This document shows, piece by piece, positions 11,691 through 21,579 of a DNA stretch of 64,000 nucleotides (the first letter of the stretch is position 1; every line of letters begins with the position of its first letter). This DNA is from Candidatus Multivorans sp. (GTDB taxonomy: Bacteria > Acidobacteriota > Thermoanaerobaculia > Multivoradales > Multivoraceae), in contig OZ251997.1 of the NCBI GenBank assembly GCA_965247095.1, positions 896,001 to 960,000 on the forward strand, in the 5' to 3' direction. A program made the position numbers and the translations under genes. The notes beneath the pieces were generated by a model. It did no database searches and was not told the origin of the DNA. It worked only from the letters and a program-made list of their open reading frames with translations.

Positions 11691-13997
11691 ATGCATTGGC
11701 GGAGAGCGTTTGCCGTCGCGCTGATTCTGGCGCTCCCCGCCTGCGCGCGCATCGACGATGCTCCGCTCCGGTGGGTCGACTGGGCAGGCGAGACCCATCG
11801 CCAGGTCGTGGTTGACCGGGAGCAGGGGCAGTACCTCGGCCACACGACGACGGTTCTGCTCTCGGATCAACGCTCGATCCTGACCGTGTACCCGAAGGGC
11901 CACGGCGCCGGCCCGATCGTGATGAAGCGCAGCGACGACGGCGGCCTGACCTGGAGTGAGCGGCTGCCGACGCCGGCGAGCTGGGCGACCTCGATGGAGA
12001 CGCCCACCGTCTTCCCGGTCGACCTGCCGGACGGTCGGCGGCGGTTGATCATGTTCTCGGGGCTCTACCCGGTGCGTATGGCCCGCTCCGACGACGAAGG
12101 CGAGGCCTGGACCGAACTCGAACCGATCGGCCACTTCGGCGGCGTTGTCGCGATGTCGTCGGTCGAGCGGCTCCGAAGCGTCGACGGCGAGCTGATGGCC
12201 CTGTTTCACGACGACGGCCGCTTCCTGCGCCGGCCGACTTCGCGCTACGAGCGAATCCCGGACTTCGAGCCCCGTTTCGAGGTCTACAAGACGATCTCGC
12301 TCGACGACGGATTGACCTGGTCGGAGCCGGAGGTCATCGCGGCGCACCCCGAGGCGCACCTGTGCGAGCCGGGACTGATCCGTTCGCCCGACGGCCGCGA
12401 GATCGCCGTCCTGCTGCGTGAGAACAGCCGCCGGTTCAACTCCTTCGTCGTCTTCTCGCGCGACGAGGGGCGCACCTGGAGCCGGCCGGTGGAACTGCCG
12501 TCGTCCTTAACCGGGGATCGGCACGTCGGCCGGTACACGCCGGACGGGCGGCTGTTCGTGACCTTCCGTGACCAGGAGCCGTCCAGCCCGTGGCGCGGCG
12601 ACTGGGTGGGCTGGCTCGGGCGCTACGAGGATCTCAGCCGCGGCAAGCGGGAACCTTGGGCCGGCGAGGTGCGCGTGCGGCTGATGGACAACACCTACGC
12701 CGCGGACACCGCCTATCCCGGCCTGGAGTTGCTGCCCGACGGCACCTTCGTGACCACGACCTACGGTCACTTCACCGCGGGTGAGGAGCCGTGGGTTGCC
12801 GCGGTTCGCTTCACGGCGGCAGAACTCGACGCGTCCGCCCTGGAGGCGCCGGTCGAGGCGCCGTCGAGGCCGGTGCTCCGGGTGGGGACGAGTGGCGACT
12901 ACCCTCCGTTCTCGCTGCTGTCGGAGGATGACGGTGGCGAGGCCGCGCACGATCCGCCCGGGCGCAGGGGCTTCGATATCGAGGTAGCGAACCGGTTGGC
13001 CTCGGATCTGGGCTTCGACGTGGAGTTCCAGTCCTTTGACTGGCCGGACCTGACCGCCGCGGTGGCTGGGGGCGACTTCGACCTCGCGATGAGCGGCGTC
13101 ACCTGGAGGCCGGGCCGGGCCGCGGTGGGGTGGATGAGCCGGGCGGTGGCCGCGGGTGGGCCATGCGTCGTGTCAGCCGCGGGCGGCCCTGACTCGCCGC
13201 GCCGGGTGGCCGTCAACCGCGGCGGCATCCTCGAGCGCTGGACCCGGCAGCGCTTCGGGGGCGGGGCGAGAGAGGTGATCGCCGTCGACGACAACCTGTC
13301 GCTACCCGGCCGCCTGGAACGTGGCGAGGTGGACGCCTTCGTCACCGATTCGTTCGAGGTCGAACACTTCGGCCGCGATGGTTGGCGGCGGGACTGCGAG
13401 CCCTCGCTCGACCGCAAGGTGTTCTGGGTCGCTCCGCAGCGGGCGGACGACCTGGGCCCCGCGGTCGACCTCTGGATCCGGCGCAACGCGGGCTGGCTGG
13501 AGGGCAGCAGCGAGGAGTGGTTCGGCCGCGGGCAGCGCCGCGACGAACTGGACCATCTGCTCGACCTGACGGCTCGCCGGCTCGCCTTCATGCCGGCGGT
13601 CGCGGCCTGGAAGGCGGCGCGCGGCGCGCCGATCGAGGATCTCGAACGGGAACGGCTGGTGCTGGATGCGGCCGAGTCGACGGCGGTGGAGTTCGGGCTC
13701 GATCCACAGCCGGTGCGGGAGTGGTTCGCGCTCCAGATCGACCTGGCCAAGGCGGTGCAGCGCCGGAGCGTCGCGTCGGAGCCGACGCTGGATCTGGAGG
13801 AGGTCCGTCCTGTCCTGATTCGCCTCGGCGAACGTCAGGTGCGGTCCCTGCGGGCGCTGGCTGCGGGTTCGGTGGAAGAAGCGGAGCCTTCGTCGTTTGG
13901 TGTCCTCACGCCGTATCTCGACGTTGGGGAGGTCCCTCGGGTCCGTGTGGCGGCGGCCAAGGTCCTGGCCGATCTGACAATCCGCCGGAGGGACTGA
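11691..13997 (+). CDS. Exported fusion: BNR/sialidase-like propeller + cyclohexadienyl dehydratase-like SBP3 domain + AroQ chorismate mutase
   Basis: Lipoprotein-like signal (LPAC); four Asp-boxes (SDDGGLTW, SDDEGEAW, SLDDGLTW, SRDEGRTW); GTSGDYPPF, VNRGG, VTDSFE; RRLAFMPAVAAWK..PIEDLERERLVL. Confidence 0.8.
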   Translation: MHWRRAFAVALILALPACARIDDAPLRWVDWAGETHRQVVVDREQGQYLGHTTTVLLSDQRSILTVYPKGHGAGPIVMKRSDDGGLTWSERLPTPASWATSMETPTVFPVDLPDGRRRLIMFSGLYPVRMARSDDEGEAWTELEPIGHFGGVVAMSSVERLRSVDGELMALFHDDGRFLRRPTSRYERIPDFEPRFEVYKTISLDDGLTWSEPEVIAAHPEAHLCEPGLIRSPDGREIAVLLRENSRRFNSFVVFSRDEGRTWSRPVELPSSLTGDRHVGRYTPDGRLFVTFRDQEPSSPWRGDWVGWLGRYEDLSRGKREPWAGEVRVRLMDNTYAADTAYPGLELLPDGTFVTTTYGHFTAGEEPWVAAVRFTAAELDASALEAPVEAPSRPVLRVGTSGDYPPFSLLSEDDGGEAAHDPPGRRGFDIEVANRLASDLGFDVEFQSFDWPDLTAAVAGGDFDLAMSGVTWRPGRAAVGWMSRAVAAGGPCVVSAAGGPDSPRRVAVNRGGILERWTRQRFGGGAREVIAVDDNLSLPGRLERGEVDAFVTDSFEVEHFGRDGWRRDCEPSLDRKVFWVAPQRADDLGPAVDLWIRRNAGWLEGSSEEWFGRGQRRDELDHLLDLTARRLAFMPAVAAWKAARGAPIEDLERERLVLDAAESTAVEFGLDPQPVREWFALQIDLAKAVQRRSVASEPTLDLEEVRPVLIRLGERQVRSLRALAAGSVEEAEPSSFGVLTPYLDVGEVPRVRVAAAKVLADLTIRRRD

Positions 13998-14301
13998 CCT
14001 CTCGGGCTAGAGGACCCTTTCTGGTGCCCCCCAAACCATCTCGTACGTTCAGGGAGCTCCAAATCGAGTAGCGGCTGTTTGCTCCCATTTTCTGCGGGAG
14101 CTCTCGGACCGTAAGCCGCTCGCCGGCAGTGCCCTCGTGTTCCGAGGGAACTGCCGGTCGCCCCTTGGGCGGAAACGCTTCCCCCGCGAAGAGGAAGCGG
14201 CCTCCTTACGTCTTAGCCGAAGGAGGCAGTTCGGTTTCGGTGCCCCTTGAACAGCGGCTCGAGGCCGGGACTGCGCGTCCCGTCTTTGAGGTGGTGATCA
14301 G

Positions 14302-17300
14302 GTGAGGCTCTTCCGGCGGATTGGTACGGCTGTGGCGGCCGATTGGATCGATCGGCGCCAGCGCGGACGGCTGCGTCTCGTGCCCTCGTGCAACGTCTTC
14401 CGGTTGGGGCGTCTGGCGCGCTCCGGGGTTCTGGCTGCGTTGGGAGGGCTGTTCCTGAGTGCTGCCGCGCCGGGCCAGGAAAAGTCCACGGTGACGGTCA
14501 GTGCGGACGCGGAGTCCATCGAAGAAGGCGAGACCGCCTCGTTCACCCTGACCCGCACAGCGCCGCACGAGGCCGCACTGACCGTGATGATCGGGGTGGA
14601 TGCGTCGGACAGAACGGTCTCGCCGAGTCGGATCGGACGCGCGACTGTGGACTTCGCGGTCGGAGACGAGACCGCTTCGTACTCGGTGTCGACCATTGAG
14701 AACAATGCGTTCCAGGAGGAGCCCGGTTCGACCGAGGTTTCCCAGTCCGTCAGCCTGGAGGTCTTGGCGGAGTCGCTTGTCGACCCGACCTACATGGTTG
14801 GCGATCTTCGCAGAGCGACCGTCATGGTGACCGACAACGACGAGCGCGTCGAGTTTTCCCTGGTCGTCCCGGAGGGAGGGTTCAGGATCGCGGAAAACGC
14901 CGGGACCGTGGAGCTATCGGTACGCGCCACCACCGTGACGGCCGGATCTCCGACGGACAACGTCTACGGCGTGATCTTGACAACTGAAACAACCGCATCG
15001 GCGGCGTCGGGCGTGGACTATGACCTGCTGAGTGAGAACTTCTCCCTTGGAAGCCTACAGGCATGGAGCTCCATCACGGTCGAAGGCGAACCCCGCTACA
15101 CGACGACGGTGACCTACAGCTTGGACGTCTATGACGACGCGGTCGACGAAGGCGACGAGACATTCGAGCTTCAACTGCAGCACCCTCCGGGGCGTGAGCG
15201 GACGCCGTTCGGCGTCGGATCGGCGATCGTCACGATTCTCGACGACGATACGGCCGGTGTGACCGTTGAGCCCACCGAGTTGACGGTCACCTAGGGAGAC
15301 TCGACCGGCGCGTCCTACACGGTCGTGCTGGAGAGCTGGCCAACAGCCAACGTGACAATGAGTGTGACGGTGCCGCCGGGTGCGGGCGTGTCGGTGGACG
15401 AGACGTCGCTGACCTTTACGGACGCTGATTGGGACGAGCCTCAGACGGTGACCGTGACGGCCGTGCAGGACGCGGATCGGGTGGGTGGAACGGTGACCCT
15501 CGCCCACTCGGCCGCGGGCGGCGGCTACCACGCGGTGTCGGTCGCCGGTGTCGAGGTGACCGTAGTCGACGACGACCTCACCGCCTCGTTGACCGGCGCC
15601 TCGACGGTGGCGGAAGGTTCGACGGCGAGCTTCACCGTGACGCTCGCGGGCGGCACGAGCACGGCGGATGTCGTGGTGACGTACACGGTGGAGGGTACTG
15701 CGACCTCGGGAGACGACTACACGGCGCCGGCGGGGAGCCTGACGGTCACCTCGGCCGGGACCTCGGGCACGATCACGATCGAGACCCTGTCGGACGACGT
15801 GCTGGAGCCTGACGAAACGCTGATCGTGACCCTGACGGATGTGACCACGGCGAAGGGGTCGGCCGAAGTCAGCGAGACGTCCAATTCGGCAACGACGACG
15901 ATCACGGATTCGGGGACGGTCACGGTGTCGGTCGGCGCGGCTTCGGCCTCGGAGGGCGCCACGGTGTCGTTCCCGGTGACGCTGACGGGCGCGGTGGCAT
16001 CAAACGTCGTGCTGGGCTGGAGCACGACGGCGGGGACGGCTGTCTCGGGCACGGACTACACGGCGGTGACGTCCGGGAGCCTCACGATCAAGGCCGGCGA
16101 CACATCGGGGGTGTTGTCGGTATCGACGAAGGAGGACTCGCTGACCGAGGCGGACGAGACGTTCACGGTGACCATGACGGGCACGACCCTGCCCACCGGT
16201 ACAGTCTTGGGCGTTGCGACGGCGGCGGGAACGATCGAGGACGACGACACGCTGGGCGCCGTGGTGACGGGCGCCGCGTCGGCGCCGGAGGGTTCCATGG
16301 TGACCTTCACGGTGTCATTGACCGGCGGGGCGAGCACGGCGGCGGTGGTCGTGACATACGTAGTCGAAGGCACCGCGACCCCGGGCGAGGACTACACGGC
16401 ACCGTCCGGGATCCTGACGATCGCCCCGGGGGACAACGAGGGCGCGATCGCGATCGCGACGAAGTCGGACGACGTGCTGGAGGGCGACGAGACCCTGATC
16501 TTGACGCTGACGAGCATCAGGACGGTTATGGGGAAGGCGTCGGCGAGCGTGCCGACGGCGACGACGACGTTGGTCGAAGGCACCTCGCCCAGCGGCCCGG
16601 TCGCCACCGGCAGTGTCCGCGCCGTCGGAACGCCGGTCGTGGGCGCCACCTTGACCGCCGTGCTCTCGAACGTGACCGATCCGGACGGTGTAGGTGAGTT
16701 TCGCTTTCGGTGGATCGCGGGGGACGCGGAGGTGCCGGATGAGACCGACGAGACCTGCCTGCTGAGGGAAGAGGAACTTGGCAACGTGATGCGAGTCGAG
16801 GTGGCCTACACCGATGACCTGGGTAAGGTGAAGACGCTGGTGTCCGACCCGGTCGGACCGGTACGCGCGGCGCCCACGCCTCCACCGGAAACCCCGCCGA
16901 CATTGACCATCTCGCCGGGTCCGAGTCCGGTGGTGGAGGGTTCGGCCGTGGAGTTCACCGTGAGGCGGTCCCATGCGAAGATGGACTTGGGAGCGCTCGA
17001 GGTCACCATCTCCGAAACGGGTTCCATGCTCACCGGCGTGCCGCCAAGGGCATTCCGCTTTGCCGTTGGTGAGACGACCGCTCGCCTTCGGCTGGACACG
17101 GACAACGACGAAGTGAACGAGGCGGGCAGCGAGGTGCGGGCGACTCTCGCTGCCGGAGCCGACTAGAGCTTGGGACACCGCGAGCTGCAACCGTGCTGGT
17201 GCTGGACGATGATGCTTCGCCAGGGCTGATCGTCGAACCAGGGGCGGCCTCGGAAGATGCGGGAATGGTGGAGCTGGTGGCGCGACTGACGGCCCCGACC

Positions 17301-19511
17301 GGAGAGTCGCTTTAGGTCGCCTGGTCGACATCGGATGCTACGGCCATGGCCGGAGTGGACTACGTGGAATCGTCCGGAATGCTGACCTTCCCTGTCGGCG
17401 CCACCGAAGAGCGTTTCTCTGTGGGACTGATCGACGACCGGATCGCCGAGGGGAACGAGTACCTCCTGATCATGCTGCGAGATGCCTGGACTGAGGTCGA
17501 CGAGTCTCCGATTGCCGCGACGATTCTCGACGACGACCCGGCGTCCGCGAATGTCGAGCTCACCTTGGATCGGGAGCGGGTCTCCGAGGGCGAGGGACCG
17601 GTTGCGTTGACGGTCACAGCCGCACTCGATAGGAGCGCACGCGGTGTGGACACTGCGGTGGAGGTCGCCTTGTCGAGTAGCGGCGCCTCGGGCACAGTGG
17701 GTTACACCGCCGCGGAGGATTTCGTGCTGACGATCCCCGAAGGGGCGCTTAGCGGCTCCGCGTCGTTCACGCTGAGACCCGAAAACGACCGGGTGGATGA
17801 GTTGGACGAAACGATCGAGGTTTCGGGGACTTCGGTTCTGCCGGTGATTCCGACTTCGCTGCTTCTCGAGGACGACGACGAGCCGTCCAAGTCGATCGTC
17901 CTGGCGGCGTCCCCCGAAGTCATTGCGGAGGACGCGGGGGTACCCCATCCTCGGCGGGCGCGGTCCGGGGAGGCAGGCCGGCGCCGGCCCTGGAACGCCG
18001 ATGCTTCAGGGAGGCGGCTGGTTCGGCGCCTCGGCGCCTGGTGCCCCAATGCCGGCCGGCGTCAGCTCGATGCGCGGAAACGAGCTGGGGGGCATGGCTC
18101 CTTCGGCTTGTCGGGCTACGGTGGCGGACCGTCACCGATGAGCCGGATGTTCGGCGGTAGCGCCCTGAGCAGTTTGGCGAGCCCCAGCCGGCTTCCGGGC
18201 TGGGGCGGCCCGGGGCGGAGTTCCTCGCTCAGCCGCTACCAGGGGGACCAGAGATGGGATCTGTTGGCGCGGAGTTCCTTCAGCCTGTCTTCGTCGGCCG
18301 GCCCGAGGGAGGGCGGCGATGGTGTTGCCGCCGGCAACTTGACCGCCTGGGGCCGGGGTGCGGTGACGGACTTCCGGGGCGACGAAAACGACCTGTCGGT
18401 AAGGGGCGAGGTCGTGACGGGCACGGTCGGTGTCGACTACGAACGCGGAAGGTGGCTGACCGGGCTCGCGATGGGTCTCAGCCGCGGCCGGGGCGGTGTC
18501 GGCGGCAACAGCGACTCCGGGCTCGAGGCTTCCCTGACGACTGCCAATCCTTACGCGAGAATCCGGATCGGAGAGAACCTGATGCTGTGGGGCGTCCTGG
18601 GCTATGGCCGCGGCGAGTTCTCGATGACCGAGGACGGTACGACCACCCGGACGGACCTTTCGCTGACCATGGGCGCCCTTGGATTCCGCCGTGACCTGGT
18701 GTCGTCGGCTCGCGGCTTCGGTCTGGGCCTCAAATCCGACGTGTTCCTGGCCCAGATCGATGCGGACGCGGCGCCGGGCTTGGCGGCTGTAAGCCAGGAC
18801 GTGAACCGCGTGCGTCTGGCCCTGGAGACCTCGTACAGCCGGTCGTTCGGCGGTGGCGGGGTGCTGACGCCGTCGTTCGAGATTGGGGTTCGCCATGACG
18901 GCGGTGACGCGGACCAGGGGCGTGGGGTCGAGATGGGCGTCGGCCTTCGCTACACGGACTCCGATCGGGGCCTCAGGATCGAGTTCGCCGGTCGATCCCT
19001 GCTGACCCACCAGGCGAGCGGTTTCGAGGAATGGGGCGGATCAGGTGCCGTGACTCTCGATCCGGGCAAGTCGGGTCGCGGGTTCGCGCTTGGTCTTCGT
19101 TCCTCGTGGGGCGCGTTCCACGGCGGGGTCCAGCAGCTCTTGTCGCAGGGGCGGATGGTCGACCCTGGCGGGCGCTTCGGGCTGCACCAGGGTGGCCGGG
19201 TGGAAGCCGAGGCGGGCTACGGCTTGGGCCGGGCGGCTGGGCGCGTTCTCGTGAGCCCGTTCGGGGTTGTGATGCTGGCCGAAGAAGGTGAACGCGGGTT
19301 CGGCGCCGGCGCGAGCCTCGACTTCGCCCGGATGCTCAGCCTGAGCGTGGAGGTTTCCCGCCGCCGTTCGGTCCGCGAAGAGCCGGAGGACGCGGTGCTG
19401 CTGCTGGGCACGCTGCGGCTTGGGCCCAGGTCGGAGCCAGTGAAACCGGTCCGGGCCAATGCGGCCGAGGCTAGCTCTGCCTCGTTGCCGGCTACGCCAT
19501 CGCGGCGATGA
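14302..19511 (+). pseudogene. Degraded Calx-beta repeat autotransporter/adhesin
   Basis: Many Calx-beta repeats (TATSGDDY, DDVLEGDETL) and a C-terminal autotransporter barrel (AWGRGA..GVDY..PSFEIGVRHDGGDA); in-frame TAG at 15292 and 17313, a 1-bp frameshift near 17164, probable deletion near 17940. Confidence 0.82.
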
Positions 19512-20538
19512 TGCTGCGCGCCATCTGCCAGGTCGAGGATCGGCCTCCCAGATCGGGGGTCAGACTACTGCGCGCCTCGAGGACGGTGGTCACCGCCTGG
19601 TCGATCCGGTCGGCCTCGTCGTCGAGGTCGAAGTGCCTGAGCAGCGCGGTGGCCGGCGTCAGGAGCGGCAGGAGGTTCGCCTGACCGGTGCCGATCAGGT
19701 GCGGTGCGTCGCCGTGAACGGCCTCGAAGACGTGGCAGTCGTCGCCGACGTTGATCGCGTGGCCGGCTGAGATGCCGCCCGCCAGTCCGGTGCCGAGGTT
19801 GCTGATGATGTCGCCGTAGAGATTGTCGGTCAGCAGCACGTCGAACGCGTACGGGTCGAGCACCAGGCGCATGCACGCCGCGTCGACGATGCAGTCGTCG
19901 ATTTCGATGTCGGAGTAGCCGGCGGCGACGGAGCGTACGGTGTCCAGGAAGAGACCGTCGCTCTGTTTCATGATGTTCGCCTTGTGGATGGCCGTGATCC
20001 TCTTGCGGCTGTGGCGCCGGGCGATGCGGAAGGCGTAGTCGGCGATCCGCTGGCAGGCGGCGCGGCTCACGACCTTTATGCTCTCGACCACGCCGTCGAC
20101 GATCTCGTGCTCGATGCCGCGATAGACGCCCTCGGTGATCTCGCGGATCAGCAGTACGTCGAGGTCCGGGTAGCGCGTCGGCAATCCCGGGATCGAGCGG
20201 ATCGGCCTTACGCTCGCCCACAGTCCCAGCATCTGTCTGAGCGCGACGTTCGGGTTTTGGGGCCCTGGTCCGACGCGCACCGCGTCCGGACCGGGGCCGA
20301 TGAGGCGGGTCTTGAGCGCCACCCGGCAGTCGCGGATCATGTCGGCTGCCTCGCGGAGCACCGTTTCCGTGTTCCGGCGCACCGCGGTGGGAACGTCCAC
20401 CCGAACGAAGTCGAAGTCGGTTCCCGCCGCCTCCAGGATCGCGAGCACCGGCGGCGCGGTTTCAGCGCCGATGCCGCTGGCGCCGACGATCAGCGCGACG
20501 CGCGGCGGACCGCCGTTCCGTTCGTCCTTGCCGCTCAT
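19492..20538 (-). CDS. Isocitrate/isopropylmalate dehydrogenase family protein, divergent (regulatory-type) subunit
   Basis: NPNVALR, REITEGVY, HKANIMK, VDAAC, NLYGDIISN, FEAVHGDAPHL. Confidence 0.88.
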   Translation of the reverse strand: MSGKDERNGGPPRVALIVGASGIGAETAPPVLAILEAAGTDFDFVRVDVPTAVRRNTETVLREAADMIRDCRVALKTRLIGPGPDAVRVGPGPQNPNVALRQMLGLWASVRPIRSIPGLPTRYPDLDVLLIREITEGVYRGIEHEIVDGVVESIKVVSRAACQRIADYAFRIARRHSRKRITAIHKANIMKQSDGLFLDTVRSVAAGYSDIEIDDCIVDAACMRLVLDPYAFDVLLTDNLYGDIISNLGTGLAGGISAGHAINVGDDCHVFEAVHGDAPHLIGTGQANLLPLLTPATALLRHFDLDDEADRIDQAVTTVLEARSSLTPDLGGRSSTWQMARSIIAAMA

Positions 20539-21572
20539 GGCGTGGCCTCACGCTCCATGGCCACGGCCTCGAGTTCGGCCAGCAGGGCGTCGGTCAGCTC
20601 CGACGTGCTAGCGGTGCCGCCCAAGTCACGGGTGAGCGCCTTGCCCGCGATCAGGAGCCGTTCGACGCCGGCGCGCAGGTGGGCCGCCGCCTCCGCCTCA
20701 CCGACGTAGCGGAGCAGCAGTTCGGCGGAGAGGATCAGGGCGATCGGATTCGCCAGGTCGCGGCCGGCGATGTCGGGCGCCGTTCCGTGGACCGCCTCGA
20801 ACACCCCGCAGCCGTTGCCGTAGTTCGCGCCGGGCACGACGCCCAGGCCGCCGACCAATCCGGCGCAGAGGTCGCTCATCAGGTCGCCGTCCAGGTTGCC
20901 CATGACCAGCACGTCGAAACGGGTCGGGTCTATGGCCAGCTCGAGCGCGAGGTTGTCGAGAGGCAGATAGTCGACCTGGAGGAAGGGGTAGTTCTGCTCG
21001 CACTCCCGGGCGCAGTCCAGGAAGAGGTTGTCCGAGAGCGGGGTGATCGATGCCTTGTGCACGATCGTCAGCTTCTTGCGGCCGTGACTGCGCGCATACT
21101 CGAAGGCGAACTGCATGATCCGCCGGGAGGCGTCCCGGGTGACGATCTTGAGAGCCTCGACCACGCCGTCGACGACCTCGTGTTCGCGGCCGCTGTAGAG
21201 GCCCTCGGTGTTCTCGCGGACGATGATCAGGTCGACGCCTTCGTAGCGGGCGCGGTTGTTGCCGGGCATCGAACGCACCGGCCGCACGCAGGCGAACAGC
21301 TCCAGTGACTGCCGCAACAGGACATTCACGCTGCGCCAGCCGCCGGCCACCGGCGTCTGAAGAGGGCCCTTGATGGCGATCCGGTTGCGCCGGATCGACT
21401 CGATCGCCTCGTCCGGAAGCGGCGAAAGACCCTGGTCGACCGCCGTGCTGCCGGCGATGACCGGTTCCCATTCGATCCGGCCGCCGGTGACGAAGTCGAC
21501 CGCGCGCACCATCGCCTTGCTGACCTCGGGACCGATGCCGTCCCCGGGCAGGAGTGTGACCGAGTACTTCAA
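20535..21572 (-). CDS. NAD-dependent isocitrate dehydrogenase-like protein (catalytic-type subunit)
   Basis: PGDGIGPEV, KGPLQTP..RSVNVLLR, RENTEGLY, GDLMSDLCAGL, FEAVHGTAPDIAG. Confidence 0.88.
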   Translation of the reverse strand: MKYSVTLLPGDGIGPEVSKAMVRAVDFVTGGRIEWEPVIAGSTAVDQGLSPLPDEAIESIRRNRIAIKGPLQTPVAGGWRSVNVLLRQSLELFACVRPVRSMPGNNRARYEGVDLIIVRENTEGLYSGREHEVVDGVVEALKIVTRDASRRIMQFAFEYARSHGRKKLTIVHKASITPLSDNLFLDCARECEQNYPFLQVDYLPLDNLALELAIDPTRFDVLVMGNLDGDLMSDLCAGLVGGLGVVPGANYGNGCGVFEAVHGTAPDIAGRDLANPIALILSAELLLRYVGEAEAAAHLRAGVERLLIAGKALTRDLGGTASTSELTDALLAELEAVAMEREATP

Positions 21573-21579
21573 CGGGCTG

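Noticed and set aside
15292-17315. TAG read-through (pyrrolysine or recoding) in the Calx-beta gene
   Set aside because: TAG is a normal stop for many genes here (1317, 2332, 3655), and the same gene also has a frameshift; decay is the simpler explanation.
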